From: a virus
IMG/VR virus record: IMGVR_UViG_3300005435_000020
Coordinates: 1 to 64,000 of that record
Length of the DNA: 64,000 nucleotides
Reading direction: 5' to 3' (one strand)
A program made the translations under genes and the position numbers. A model generated the notes under the pieces. It worked only from the letters and a program-made list of their open reading frames with translations, ran no database searches and was not told the origin of the DNA. Positions 34,946-44,209 of the stretch are shown one piece after another (position 1 is the first letter of the stretch; each line of letters opens with the position of its first letter).

Positions 34946-35461
34946 ATGAAGATACGCAGAGAGATCAGGGACTTCGCTGTGCTTCTTGAGAAGTATATGC
35001 GGAAAAATAAGTTTATGCCGGGTGAGAACTGTGAAACGTGGGACCTCATACCACTACTCAAGGAGGCATTGCAGGCTTCAGATAAGATAGATACATCCGA
35101 CGATATTTGGCTCATGCTCTCCACACGGATCATGGTCAAACTTCGAGACAACCAACAGGCCCCTCAACTATATGAGTACCGCTATACGTTGTCGAAGGTG
35201 TCTGCCGTGACGAATGAGAGTGGTGCGATTACCAACTATGAGAGGTGGTCACAGCCTGGCTATACGTCAGTCAATGAAGCCGTGACATATGCACAGTCTC
35301 AGGCAGGTAAGACATTTTCTTGGCCTGTGCAGGATGAAGGGGACGACTCTTATCCGACACGTGTGGCCCAAGATGAGAATACTTGGTGGACCATCACACC
35401 ACACGTCTACGTCTTGAAGGATGAAGATGACCTGACTCCTGACGACGAGTGTGACTGGTGA
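34946..35461 (+). CDS. Hypothetical protein
   Basis: GAGGA RBS. Confidence 0.65.
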   Translation: MKIRREIRDFAVLLEKYMRKNKFMPGENCETWDLIPLLKEALQASDKIDTSDDIWLMLSTRIMVKLRDNQQAPQLYEYRYTLSKVSAVTNESGAITNYERWSQPGYTSVNEAVTYAQSQAGKTFSWPVQDEGDDSYPTRVAQDENTWWTITPHVYVLKDEDDLTPDDECDW

Positions 35462-36252
35462 GCAGGGGCATCGACATCTCGCGGTGGAAAAACTACGACG
35501 ACATCCTCACCGACTCCCTCTGGACCTTCCCGAAACGCGACGCATCGGGTCCATATCAGGGGTCCACGTCGTTTCACGGAGGCTTCATAGCGCAGATACC
35601 TGAGCAACTTATCAAGCGATACACGAAGCCAGGCGATATCGTGGTGGACCTTTTCGCAGGCTGGGGCACTTCTCTGATAGCTGCGCTGACGCTGAAGAGA
35701 CACGCCTATGGCGTGGAGTTGAATAGGGAGACGTGGCAGGAGACGCTGAATCGCCTCCACGCCTTGCCGAAAGACCCCTATCTTTATTATTCCTTGTTTC
35801 GAGGAGACGCAGCTTCGCCGGAGGTTGTCAAGGACTTCGACGCTTTGATGTTTGGTGTGAAGGCAGACCTCACTATCCTCCACCCGCCATACTTGGATAT
35901 CGTCAAGTTTAGTGATGATCCCCATGATCTCTCGAATATGGACACGTCGAGTTTCTTCGCTGTATTTGAGAAGGTGGCAGACAATGCTTTCGCCATCACA
36001 AAACCAGGCGGCATCGTGGCCCTAGTAGTCGGAGACGTCTACCAGAAGGGTGCCGTGGTTCCGCTTGGCTTCCGCTGCTCAGAGATTTTCTCGCATCGAC
36101 ACGCTGTTTTGAAGGGTATTATTGTCAAGGACATCAATGGGAATGAGAGGGGCAAGGGGAAGAACAAGAACCTCTGGCGGTACCGGCACCTCAAGAATGG
36201 CACCTTCGACTTCAGTCACGAATATATTTTTGTGATGCAGACACCAAAATAA
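35458..36252 (+). CDS. SAM-dependent amino (N6-A/N4-C) DNA methyltransferase
   Basis: Motif I DLFAGWGTS, GVEL, motif IV HPPY, HEYIFV. Confidence 0.85.
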   Translation: MSRGIDISRWKNYDDILTDSLWTFPKRDASGPYQGSTSFHGGFIAQIPEQLIKRYTKPGDIVVDLFAGWGTSLIAALTLKRHAYGVELNRETWQETLNRLHALPKDPYLYYSLFRGDAASPEVVKDFDALMFGVKADLTILHPPYLDIVKFSDDPHDLSNMDTSSFFAVFEKVADNAFAITKPGGIVALVVGDVYQKGAVVPLGFRCSEIFSHRHAVLKGIIVKDINGNERGKGKNKNLWRYRHLKNGTFDFSHEYIFVMQTPK

Positions 36253-36282
36253 TAGACTGGCACAATACCTATATGGTATAAT
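36253..36282 (+). promoter_or_regulatory. Promoter
   Basis: TAGACT-18bp-TATAAT with TG extension. Confidence 0.6.
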
Positions 36283-36289
36283 GACTTCA

Positions 36290-36331
36290 GAGGTAGAGAG
36301 CAGGGTGCCCCCTCCCTTGGCTCTCTACCTC
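36290..36331 (+). promoter_or_regulatory. 5'-leader hairpin
   Basis: GAGGTAGAGAGC...GCTCTCTACCTC 12-bp stem. Confidence 0.55.
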
Positions 36332-36346
36332 GGGTAGAGGAAGGAG

Positions 36347-36638
36347 ATGTGCAACGAAAAATCCAGAGTACTCAAGCAAGCTTTATCGATGTTGTGCCGG
36401 GGATGATCACTTTCTAGCCTTCACACGGTATACGAGGGGAATGGAAGAGCTTGGCCCTCCTGTGGAATGCCAGATTGAGGTTGTACTTTTTACGGGTGGC
36501 CTCACACTCTGGCAAAAGTTGAAGGCTGCGTTTCATATCCTCACACGTCAGCAGATGTACCTCAGCGAGTGCATCATCCTGGGGCCAGATGATTCTCAGG
36601 AGCTATTGAGAGAGTTGGGAGTGGTGGCGCATGGCTAG
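36347..36638 (+). pseudogene. Hypothetical protein with apparent frameshift in an A5 tract near the start
   Basis: RBS and ATG 36347 out of frame with the open frame NPEYSSKLYRCCAGDDHF...MEELG... Confidence 0.5.
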
Positions 36639-36903
36639 TATGCCTGAGAAGCTTTGGGTGATCTTGGAGCATAAGACATTCAAAGCAACCGACACTGACA
36701 CAACTATAGTTTCCGCAGTCGCTATCCACGACAACCTTGAGAAAGCCCAGTCGGATGTGGAGGATAGACTCAGAGAAGTCGAGGTAGTATGGCATACTCG
36801 CCACGATGCTGCCAAAGAGGTTGCCTATCACTGGTACACACCCACCGTTGTCTATGAAGTAGTCAGCGTCTACGCCTACTTCGAGATCAACTACACGCGA
36901 TAA
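36631..36903 (+). CDS. Hypothetical protein
   Basis: Coupled ORF. Confidence 0.65.
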   Translation: MASMPEKLWVILEHKTFKATDTDTTIVSAVAIHDNLEKAQSDVEDRLREVEVVWHTRHDAAKEVAYHWYTPTVVYEVVSVYAYFEINYTR

Positions 36904-36979
36904 CCCTGTTTTTGTTGTGGACACGAATAGTAGAGATGAGGTGAGTGATATGTAGATTAGCTATTATAAGGCAGGTCTT

Positions 36980-38059
36980 TTGAGCACCTTTGAAGTCAAG
37001 GTGAGACGAGTCGTCGTCTCTGAGCACCCAGACCCTGAAGTGCATTCCCTGGAGCTAGGACAGGTTGACGACTACCACGTAGTGGTAGGAAAAGGGCAGT
37101 TTCACACAAACGATTTAGCCGTCTACATCCCAGAGCAGGCAGTGGTACCCGACGCCATCATCGAGGAGATGGGCCTCACTGGCAGGCTTGCAGGCTCAAA
37201 GAAGAACAGGGTCAAGGCCATACGCCTTCGCGGCGAGTTGTCGCAAGGTCTCCTCTATGTCCCCCAAGGCAGGGAGCTAAGGGAAGGCGAAGAGCTTGGT
37301 GAAGAGTTTGGCATCTATAAGCATGAGCCTCCCATACCGCAGAGCATGGCGGGGAAGGTGCAGAGGCTTGGTCCTGGGCCTGGTCAGGAGAGTTTCGCTG
37401 AGGGCTTCTTCAGGACCTACACGGATATCGAGAACATCAAGAAGTACCCTGATGCTTTTGAAGATGGCGAGGATGTTGTCATCACGGAGAAGCTCCACGG
37501 CTCTTGCTGCATCGTCGGCATCGTGTCGGGTCAGCGCATCGTCTCTTCCAAGGGCATCGCAAAGCGTGACCTGATCCTGCAAGAAGAGGAGGGCAACGTC
37601 TACTGGCGCATCGTCAAGCAGATGGGCCTCCACGAGAAGCTTGAGGGCTTCCTTGAGGAGTTTCAACATATTGGCATCACCGATGTCTTGCTCTTCGGTG
37701 AAGTCTTGGGTGTGCAGGACTTGATGTATGGCTGCAAGCCTGGCGAGTTGGACTTCAGGGCCTTCGATGTCTACGTCAACTATGAGAAAGCTGGCCCACA
37801 GTTTCTGGACCATCCCATCATGGTGTCTGTGCTCATCGGCAGCGGCATCCCGATGGTCCCTGTCCTCTACAAGGGTCCCTTCAGCAAGGAGAAGCTGACG
37901 GAGTTGACGTCTGGCGAGTCCACGCTGGCGGGACACATCCGAGAAGGCGTCGTCGTCAAGTCCTATTGGGAGAAGGAAGACAGGAAGGTAGGCAGGAAGA
38001 TACTCAAGTCCATCAGCCCAGAGTACCTGCTTCGGAAAGGAGGCACTGAGCTAGAATAA
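36980..38059 (+). CDS. ATP-dependent RNA ligase (Rnl2/DRB0094-type with N-terminal OB fold)
   Basis: Motif I TEKLHG, FGEV, FRAFDV, REGVVVK, LKSISPEYL. Confidence 0.88.
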   Translation: MSTFEVKVRRVVVSEHPDPEVHSLELGQVDDYHVVVGKGQFHTNDLAVYIPEQAVVPDAIIEEMGLTGRLAGSKKNRVKAIRLRGELSQGLLYVPQGRELREGEELGEEFGIYKHEPPIPQSMAGKVQRLGPGPGQESFAEGFFRTYTDIENIKKYPDAFEDGEDVVITEKLHGSCCIVGIVSGQRIVSSKGIAKRDLILQEEEGNVYWRIVKQMGLHEKLEGFLEEFQHIGITDVLLFGEVLGVQDLMYGCKPGELDFRAFDVYVNYEKAGPQFLDHPIMVSVLIGSGIPMVPVLYKGPFSKEKLTELTSGESTLAGHIREGVVVKSYWEKEDRKVGRKILKSISPEYLLRKGGTELE

Positions 38060-38137
38060 TATCGTGATGGATATGGTATAGTGACTTTGTGACTAATCAC
38101 GAGTGTTGGCAGTGTGGCTCAAGGAGTAGGTTTCAGG

Positions 38138-38479
38138 TTGAATACGTTTCAGGTGGTTGGCAGGCTCGGCGGTGACCCGGAGACGACGACGTTTGCGAGT
38201 GGGGACACGAAGGTGGCCTTCAATCTCGTGGACAATCGCAAGGTCAAGGGTGTCGAGGAGTCTTCCTGGTTCAAGGTCATCGCCTTCGGCAAGACGGCTG
38301 AGATCATCGCTTCCCATCTCCACAAGGGGAGCCAGGTCTTCGTCGCGGGGAGGATGCAGCAGCGCAAATACACAACCTCCCAAGGCGAAGAGAAGAAGGT
38401 CTACGAGGTTGTTGCTTCGCAGGTGGAGTTTATCGGACCTCGCGTGAGCAATAACGATGGAGACGAATTGCCGGAGTAG
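38138..38479 (+). CDS. ssb: Single-stranded DNA-binding protein
   Basis: N...VGRLGGDPE...WF.V.AFGKTAE...LHKGSQVFVAGR...; acidic tail DELP. Confidence 0.92.
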   Translation: MNTFQVVGRLGGDPETTTFASGDTKVAFNLVDNRKVKGVEESSWFKVIAFGKTAEIIASHLHKGSQVFVAGRMQQRKYTTSQGEEKKVYEVVASQVEFIGPRVSNNDGDELPE

Positions 38480-38556
38480 TCTCCGACACACCGCAGGCTC
38501 CCGAGAGCAGAAGGATTACGCCACAGGGGCCTGTGCTGTTTTGGCACAAAGAAAAG

Positions 38557-38586
38557 AAGGAGGACTGTATTTCAGTCCCCTTTTTA
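38557..38586 (+). terminator. Rho-independent terminator
   Basis: GGACTG-TATTT-CAGTCC stem-loop followed by CCTTTTT. Confidence 0.6.
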
Positions 38587-38600
38587 CTAAGGGAGGGGCG

Positions 38601-39149
38601 ATGAGGAACCACGGCGTGAGGCTGCTGTTGGTGGCTCTTATCGGAATATGTTGTTTGGCCCTGCATCCGAATAATGCAGAGGCTGCCCCCTTACAGACGG
38701 GGGCCATGGAAAACCAACTGAGGAGTGACGTCAACTTCGATAGGGCCAACTACCACGCGGCTCCATTGAAAGAAGACGCCACCCTCGATGCCATAGCCCA
38801 CGCGAGGGCCTGGTACATCCTGACGCACCATAGCGTCACGCATTGCAGCACAGACACCCTACAGGAAGGGTGCCATCTCCAGGTGTTGGACCAGTTTTCC
38901 TGGCGCAACATCCCGATGGATGGGAAGTGGGCAGGTGAGAACCTGGGAGCCGCAGACTATCCTGCATCCGACGTGAGTGACATGAATGGTTATTTCATGG
39001 CATCTCCTCCCCATGAGGAGAACATACTCAATAGCCACTTCACGAAGCTGGGTGTCGGTATCCTCTGCTGCTTCGAGGGCCACATCGGCTCCACGCAGAT
39101 AGGACCCAATCAGCCGTTTCCCGTCTACGTCGAAGTGTTCTCAAGTTGA
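38601..39149 (+). CDS. Secreted CAP/SCP-domain protein
   Basis: Signal peptide; N.DRA...L...A..RA; GENL; MASPPHEENIL...F..LGVG. Confidence 0.85.
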   Translation: MRNHGVRLLLVALIGICCLALHPNNAEAAPLQTGAMENQLRSDVNFDRANYHAAPLKEDATLDAIAHARAWYILTHHSVTHCSTDTLQEGCHLQVLDQFSWRNIPMDGKWAGENLGAADYPASDVSDMNGYFMASPPHEENILNSHFTKLGVGILCCFEGHIGSTQIGPNQPFPVYVEVFSS

Positions 39150-39523
39150 AGCGCCTCCTCGCCATCTTCGGGTTTGTCTTCAGTCTGGCGTTTCCACTCA
39201 AAAGCTACGCAGGCTCCGGTGATTGCACCGCCTGGGCCTACGAGATGAGGCCAGACCTCTATGGGAGTGTCTGGGGCAATGCCGGTGGCTGGGCCATAGA
39301 CGCTAGGATGTCTGGCAGGAGTGTCGGCTTCCTACCCAAGGTGGGGGCCATCGCCGTCTGGAGACCATGGACTGGGGGAGCTTGGGGACAAGGACACGTC
39401 GCATATGTGACGAGTGTCGGAGCCTACGGCTTCACTGTCACCGAAATGCATTACCCAGTTTACGGCAGAGTAACATCTCGGTGGGTGCCGAGATATTCAG
39501 GAGCTATGTTCATCTACAAATGA
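39146..39523 (+). CDS. Secreted CHAP-domain peptidoglycan hydrolase
   Basis: Signal peptide; GDCTAWA, WGNAGGW, GHVAYV, EM. Confidence 0.88.
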   Translation: MKRLLAIFGFVFSLAFPLKSYAGSGDCTAWAYEMRPDLYGSVWGNAGGWAIDARMSGRSVGFLPKVGAIAVWRPWTGGAWGQGHVAYVTSVGAYGFTVTEMHYPVYGRVTSRWVPRYSGAMFIYK

Positions 39524-40023
39524 CTGATTACAAGAAGGCTGTTTGGGTACCATCACCCAATTTTGACCAGGGGAGGGAAGGCCACACGATAAACTCCCTA
39601 GTCCTTCACGGTACCGCTGGCGGTGGGACTGTCCCTTGGTTCTCCCTCCCGCAAAGTTATGTGTCGGCCCACTATGTGGTGGATAAAGACGGCACCGTGA
39701 CGCAGATGGTATTGGAAGCCGACACAGCTTGGCATGCCGGAGAGGTTCCCTACAATAGCCCCTTCTATGGGCAGCCGAATCCCAATTCATGGACCATCGG
39801 CATAGAGTTTGTCAGGGATATCAATAACGCTGAGCCGCTGCCGCAAGTGCAGGTAGACGCTGGCGCTGATCTTGTGAGGGACATCTTTGCGAGGCGAGGC
39901 AGGCTCATTGTCTTGACCCATGACGAAATTGAGCCAGGCAGAATCTGTCCAGGGCCTGGCTTTCCGGTTGAGACCTTCATGAATATTGACGCCGACACAC
40001 CAGTACCGCCGATGGAGAAATAA
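39520..40023 (+). CDS. N-acetylmuramoyl-L-alanine amidase (Amidase_2)
   Basis: SPNF, LVLHGT, VSAHYVV, WHAG, IGIE, TH...CPG. Confidence 0.9.
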   Translation: MTDYKKAVWVPSPNFDQGREGHTINSLVLHGTAGGGTVPWFSLPQSYVSAHYVVDKDGTVTQMVLEADTAWHAGEVPYNSPFYGQPNPNSWTIGIEFVRDINNAEPLPQVQVDAGADLVRDIFARRGRLIVLTHDEIEPGRICPGPGFPVETFMNIDADTPVPPMEK

Positions 40024-40316
40024 TGCGAGACGACGACAACAACGAAGAAGAGGAAGCACCGGCAGGAGCACTGCCACCGATAAGCACATGGCCCATCTAC
40101 AGCCGCATAGAGGTGGTGAGGGCCTTCCAAACGCTGGTACCCGTGGCGATAAAGATACCCATTCATCCCTTCCAGCAGTATGGGCAGCCTGGTGACTACA
40201 TCATCGTGGGTGCCGCGAATATTATGAGGATCATGCCCAAGGCGCAGTTTGAGAAGATGTACACGTCGGGTGAGGAAGTGGCCTCGCCTGAAAAAACACT
40301 CTTGCTAGCGAGGTAA
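40023..40316 (+). CDS. PGDYG-like small protein
   Basis: GQPGDYII...FEKMY. Confidence 0.6.
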   Translation: MRDDDNNEEEEAPAGALPPISTWPIYSRIEVVRAFQTLVPVAIKIPIHPFQQYGQPGDYIIVGAANIMRIMPKAQFEKMYTSGEEVASPEKTLLLAR

Positions 40317-40317
40317 T

Positions 40318-40722
40318 ATGGCCTACTACGACGAGAACCGAGACAACTGGACCATCGACTTCCCCGTTGCGAAGCTTATCGACATCATAGAGCAGCGTCT
40401 TTTTGATGCAGAAGCCGTCGTCAATGAGCATGCCAAGGAGGAAGCAGCAAAGCCGGTTGCGAGGAAGCGCCTCGGCTGGCTTGGCGATTTGCTTGGCCTG
40501 AATACAGATACGTCAGGCATCTTTGGAAACTGGGAAGAAGAGTACCAGCACTATAAGAGTTACGACGAAGCCAATTTCCGAATCCGCGAGTATAAAAACT
40601 GGCTGATGTTCCTTGGCGCGATGTACAACCCCCTCGACTGTCCGAAGTCATTGTCCCTGAATATCCGAGATGTCCTCTATTTCCAGTTGACACAGGAAGA
40701 CCTCAACCCAGGCTTGTTTTAG
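40318..40722 (+). CDS. Hypothetical protein
   Basis: GAGGT RBS. Confidence 0.7.
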   Translation: MAYYDENRDNWTIDFPVAKLIDIIEQRLFDAEAVVNEHAKEEAAKPVARKRLGWLGDLLGLNTDTSGIFGNWEEEYQHYKSYDEANFRIREYKNWLMFLGAMYNPLDCPKSLSLNIRDVLYFQLTQEDLNPGLF

Positions 40723-40854
40723 CCCACATTAGTATGGTAGAATATTGAGACGAGTATTATAGTGTTTGAGGAAATAATAAATCTGGTCCGTTTAGATTAG
40801 AACCTTCACGCCAGCGTCTTGCTGACGTGGTGCCCTACTAGGAAAGGAATCTCA

Positions 40855-41004
40855 TTGTCTCCACTCGCGTGGTTCTTGCTTGTTGTCGCTGGCCTTATCT
40901 TGGTCTATGTTTTGTATACGGTGCTGCATGTCGCCGTCGCCGTGGCTATCGTAATTGTCCTTTGTGTGATTGGCGTCGCAATCCTTGTGTCGGGAAGATA
41001 TTAG
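40855..41004 (+). CDS. Small two-TM membrane protein
   Basis: GGAAAGGA RBS before TTG; almost entirely hydrophobic. Confidence 0.65.
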   Translation: MSPLAWFLLVVAGLILVYVLYTVLHVAVAVAIVIVLCVIGVAILVSGRY

Positions 41005-41020
41005 GTAAAGGACACGTAAC

Positions 41021-41710
41021 TTGATCACTCCCACTGCCGAAGAGTTAGGCAGACTGGCTGCTGAGGCCCTCAACATAGTAGGACACGAGTCTGCTACCTA
41101 CGACGACATGCCGGAAAAAGACCCATATATGTCGTCTAGAGAAGACATGGAAACACTAGGTGCATATATGTTTGAGGGCTTGAAGACGTATATGGGTGCA
41201 ACCCCCACAGATTTTGTGTTCAGGACTGACGATGTAGCGAAGACCCTTGCGGAAGCCTTCGGCTATCCTTGGGATGAGTTGAGTTCCGAAGATGAGGAAA
41301 ATCGCTGGTCCAAGGACTTCTGGCGTATCCTTACCAACAAGGTTCTCCGCGTCATCACCGAGAAGTCTAAGCTAGTCCATTCTCTCGATATCAAGGACCC
41401 CAATCGTCGCCGTCTCGTGGAGCTTATCGACACGGCTAAGGAAATAGCCATCACACGAGGCAACGACTATGGCGACGGAGAGGACACCTTCTCCAATGTC
41501 CATTCCGTCAAGCTGAAGGGCCAGAAACCCTCCGACTACGCCTTGAGTGAGATGTGCTCAAAGCTGACCAGGGTCATCAACGTCTATCGCAAGGGTAATG
41601 TGACGGAGAGTGCAGAAGGTCTCCACAATGATGCCATTGACCTCGCCAACTACGCCATGATATTCCTGGTGATGTATGAGGAAGAGCAGAGACTGAAGGA
41701 AGGTGAATAA
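41021..41710 (+). CDS. Protein with C-terminal DUF1599/Nmad1-like (all-alpha NTP-PPase-like) domain
   Basis: RGNDYG...FSN...KLTR...E...DAIDLANYAMI. Confidence 0.65.
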   Translation: MITPTAEELGRLAAEALNIVGHESATYDDMPEKDPYMSSREDMETLGAYMFEGLKTYMGATPTDFVFRTDDVAKTLAEAFGYPWDELSSEDEENRWSKDFWRILTNKVLRVITEKSKLVHSLDIKDPNRRRLVELIDTAKEIAITRGNDYGDGEDTFSNVHSVKLKGQKPSDYALSEMCSKLTRVINVYRKGNVTESAEGLHNDAIDLANYAMIFLVMYEEEQRLKEGE

Positions 41711-42152
41711 GCCCACCATTTATTTGGCGGGGCCACTCACTGGCATCTCTTTCGATGAGGCGAAGCTTTGGAGGAGGATGGTCCAGGAGTGGATGTCCCC
41801 CGACATAGATTGCCTATGCCCCCTCCGCAGCCAGAGCTACATCGTAGGTGAGAAGGTGCTTGCCAACACCTACGACGAGGACCCCTTCTGCACAGGGAAG
41901 TCCATCACACTTCTGGACCACCACGACGTCAAGCGGTGTGACCTCCTCCTTGTCAACTATCTCGACGCAAAGAAAGTGAGCATCGGCACAGTCATGGAGC
42001 AGGCGTGGGCCTATGCCTATGGACATCCCGTGGTGGTTGTGATGGAAGAAAATAACCCACACTTCCATTGTATGGTGGAGGAAACCTCAACGATGGTGTT
42101 TGATGATCTCATGGATGCCTGCTTCGCCGTCAAGACGATACTACTGCCTTAG
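41703..42152 (+). CDS. Nucleoside 2-deoxyribosyltransferase / N-glycosidase family
   Basis: IYLAGP, D...V..CDLLLV, SIGTVMEQAWA. Confidence 0.85.
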   Translation: MNKPTIYLAGPLTGISFDEAKLWRRMVQEWMSPDIDCLCPLRSQSYIVGEKVLANTYDEDPFCTGKSITLLDHHDVKRCDLLLVNYLDAKKVSIGTVMEQAWAYAYGHPVVVVMEENNPHFHCMVEETSTMVFDDLMDACFAVKTILLP

Positions 42153-42157
42153 GGATT

Positions 42158-42319
42158 ATGAGAAAGATGTGCTTCTTCACCATCTTCTTCTGGGCCATCA
42201 TGATTGCGCTTCGCCTCATGATGGGCAGCCAGCTTGACATGGCCTTCTGGACCCTCGCCGTTTTCGGCTGGTTGATCTTCATGATGCTCATTGCACCAGA
42301 CCCGAAGGCAGTATCGTGA
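42158..42319 (+). CDS. 53-aa two-TM membrane protein
   Basis: Manual: MRKMCFFTIFFWAIMIALRLMMGSQLDMAFWTLAVFGWLIFMMLIAPDPKAVS*. Confidence 0.6.
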   Translation: MRKMCFFTIFFWAIMIALRLMMGSQLDMAFWTLAVFGWLIFMMLIAPDPKAVS

Positions 42320-42570
42320 CACTCGGTGCAGGCTGGCGCATCACCGTATCCACCGAGTATGTCAGGTCCATCCTCCGGCGCTACCACGACAAACTAGGGA
42401 AGGATGGCGGCGAGTCAGACAGGGTGTTGATGCTCCTCAAAGTACTCTCAAGCGGCATGCCCAATAACGGCATGGAAATGAGTGTCGAAGACTTGGCACA
42501 TCTCCAGGAAATCGAGAGGGGCCTGGGTACACGTCAGTGGCAGCGCCTCGTGGAGTCGGAGGGTGCCTAA
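42316..42570 (+). CDS. Hypothetical protein
   Basis: GTGA coupling. Confidence 0.6.
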   Translation: MTLGAGWRITVSTEYVRSILRRYHDKLGKDGGESDRVLMLLKVLSSGMPNNGMEMSVEDLAHLQEIERGLGTRQWQRLVESEGA

Positions 42571-42829
42571 GCCTTTCGCTTCCTTTCCTACCTCTGTACC
42601 AAAAGACGAGATGCTTGAGCTTCTCGATATACGTATATGTAAACTTGTGAGCAGCGAAAGAATCTCCAAAAGTTTATTGGCACTATGGAGATTCGATGAT
42701 CACTTCAAGGCGGATATTTTCCGTATTCAGGAGTCCCTCATTGTTATGAGGGACCTCCGTCAGAAGGTTGCCGAGAGCAAAGACGACAACATAGAAGTCA
42801 CCATACAGATACTGGAACAAGGGACCTAG
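42563..42829 (+). CDS. Hypothetical protein
   Basis: GGAG RBS, GTG 42563. Confidence 0.55.
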   Translation: MPKPFASFPTSVPKDEMLELLDIRICKLVSSERISKSLLALWRFDDHFKADIFRIQESLIVMRDLRQKVAESKDDNIEVTIQILEQGT

Positions 42830-42885
42830 ATGGGCTGGCATCCCACCGGCAGAGCAAGCAGCGGGTGGAGGCTGCCTCGCAATTC

Positions 42886-42914
42886 TTGACGGTATAATAC
42901 TCATATGGTATAGT
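42886..42914 (+). promoter_or_regulatory. Promoter
   Basis: TTGACG-17bp-TATAGT with TG extension. Confidence 0.7.
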
Positions 42915-42949
42915 GAGTGTAGGAACAATAATACAGAGGAGCAGATCAT

Positions 42950-43303
42950 TTGGATGCAGACGAATACCAGCGCCTCGCCATGAAGACGGCAAACCCCAAC
43001 GCCAAAAATCTCTTCAATGCCTGCTTGGGCCTCGCGGGAGAGGCTGGTGAGGTGTGTGATCTCGTCAAGAAGCACACGCAGCAGGGGCACACACTCGATG
43101 TCAGCAAGCTAGAAGACGAGGCGTCTGATATCGCTTGGTACCTAGCACTCCTCGCCACCGTTTTGGATATCCCGCTGTCGCAGATACTCAGGCACAACGT
43201 AGATAAATTGTCTAGTAGGTATCCGAAGGGGTTTGAGCCGGAGAAGAGCACACACCGCAAAGAGTATGTCGAAGCTGTAGCCAAAGAAGCAGAGAAGGAA
43301 TAG
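42950..43303 (+). CDS. MazG-like NTP pyrophosphohydrolase
   Basis: LGLAGEAGEVCDLVKK...DEASDIAWY...N..KL..RYP.GF. Confidence 0.88.
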   Translation: MDADEYQRLAMKTANPNAKNLFNACLGLAGEAGEVCDLVKKHTQQGHTLDVSKLEDEASDIAWYLALLATVLDIPLSQILRHNVDKLSSRYPKGFEPEKSTHRKEYVEAVAKEAEKE

Positions 43304-43305
43304 TA

Positions 43306-43956
43306 TTGGAAGCCGAAAATACTGCCCATAACACTGAAGACGCCGAGGAGTGGGATAAGTTTTGGGACAAGGTTCTTGATGAGTTTGTCGAAGAGCTTTT
43401 CCCAACACCGAATAATGGTGTGAAGGAAGTGAAGTCTGATACCTGGAAGCCCTGTGATCCCGGTTGCAAGGATACGTGTTCTTGCGCTGGCCTCCCACCT
43501 GACGATATTCACGTTGAGAGTGACGCTGGCCCCGGTCAGTCTTCTGTCTTCAGTAGCAGTCCCGGTGATTTCCTCGATGGGGTCTTGGAAAGCGTCAAGA
43601 ACAATCGCTTCCTCTCGAAGAAGGAGAATAAGAAATTTCGCAAGAAGCTGAAGAAACTTGCGAAGCAACAGGAGCCTGCACCCCAAGAGGCGGAAGATTG
43701 GTCCTCCGACGACGAGTTGTTCTATGGTGGTGAAGGCAATGTTCTCGAAGACGAAGAGATCACCCAGATCAGGCTCCGCAATCGTCGTCGTCGCTATGAG
43801 ACGCAGACACGCAAGGATGTGACGGCTCTTCTCAAAGAGATTGACAGGCTCAACGAGAAATACGACGCCTTCTATGATAAGGTTGGCGACTTGTCTGAGA
43901 GCCTCCAGGATGCCTTGACCTACGAAGAGGACTACGAGGAAGTCGAGTGGCCCTAA
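43306..43956 (+). CDS. Acidic hypothetical protein
   Basis: 216-aa ORF, AAGGA RBS. Confidence 0.7.
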   Translation: MEAENTAHNTEDAEEWDKFWDKVLDEFVEELFPTPNNGVKEVKSDTWKPCDPGCKDTCSCAGLPPDDIHVESDAGPGQSSVFSSSPGDFLDGVLESVKNNRFLSKKENKKFRKKLKKLAKQQEPAPQEAEDWSSDDELFYGGEGNVLEDEEITQIRLRNRRRRYETQTRKDVTALLKEIDRLNEKYDAFYDKVGDLSESLQDALTYEEDYEEVEWP

Positions 43957-44207
43957 GAGAGAGTGCCGGTGGGGAAGTGACCATCGGCACCTCCCGTATC
44001 AGGCCCATCACACCACTCAAGCCATTGATACCCCCGTCGTTTGACGACGTATTGTCTGGGCACCTGCGAAGGTGGGTGCCCACCGCCAAAGAGGAAGGAG
44101 ACGGCTGGATACTCTGCGACGCAAAGGGCAATGAGATAGACCTTTCCCGCATTGATGTGTTGATGTTGATTGCCGACGCCGTGAATAGGTATACGCCGGA
44201 GAGGTAG
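43947..44207 (+). CDS. Hypothetical protein
   Basis: Packed ORF. Confidence 0.55.
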   Translation: MALRESAGGEVTIGTSRIRPITPLKPLIPPSFDDVLSGHLRRWVPTAKEEGDGWILCDAKGNEIDLSRIDVLMLIADAVNRYTPER

Positions 44208-44209
44208 TA

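Noticed and set aside
36390-36420. CCAGDDH motif resembling the family Z start
   Set aside because: Lacks the H-x20-C and YPxAD elements and is far from the array
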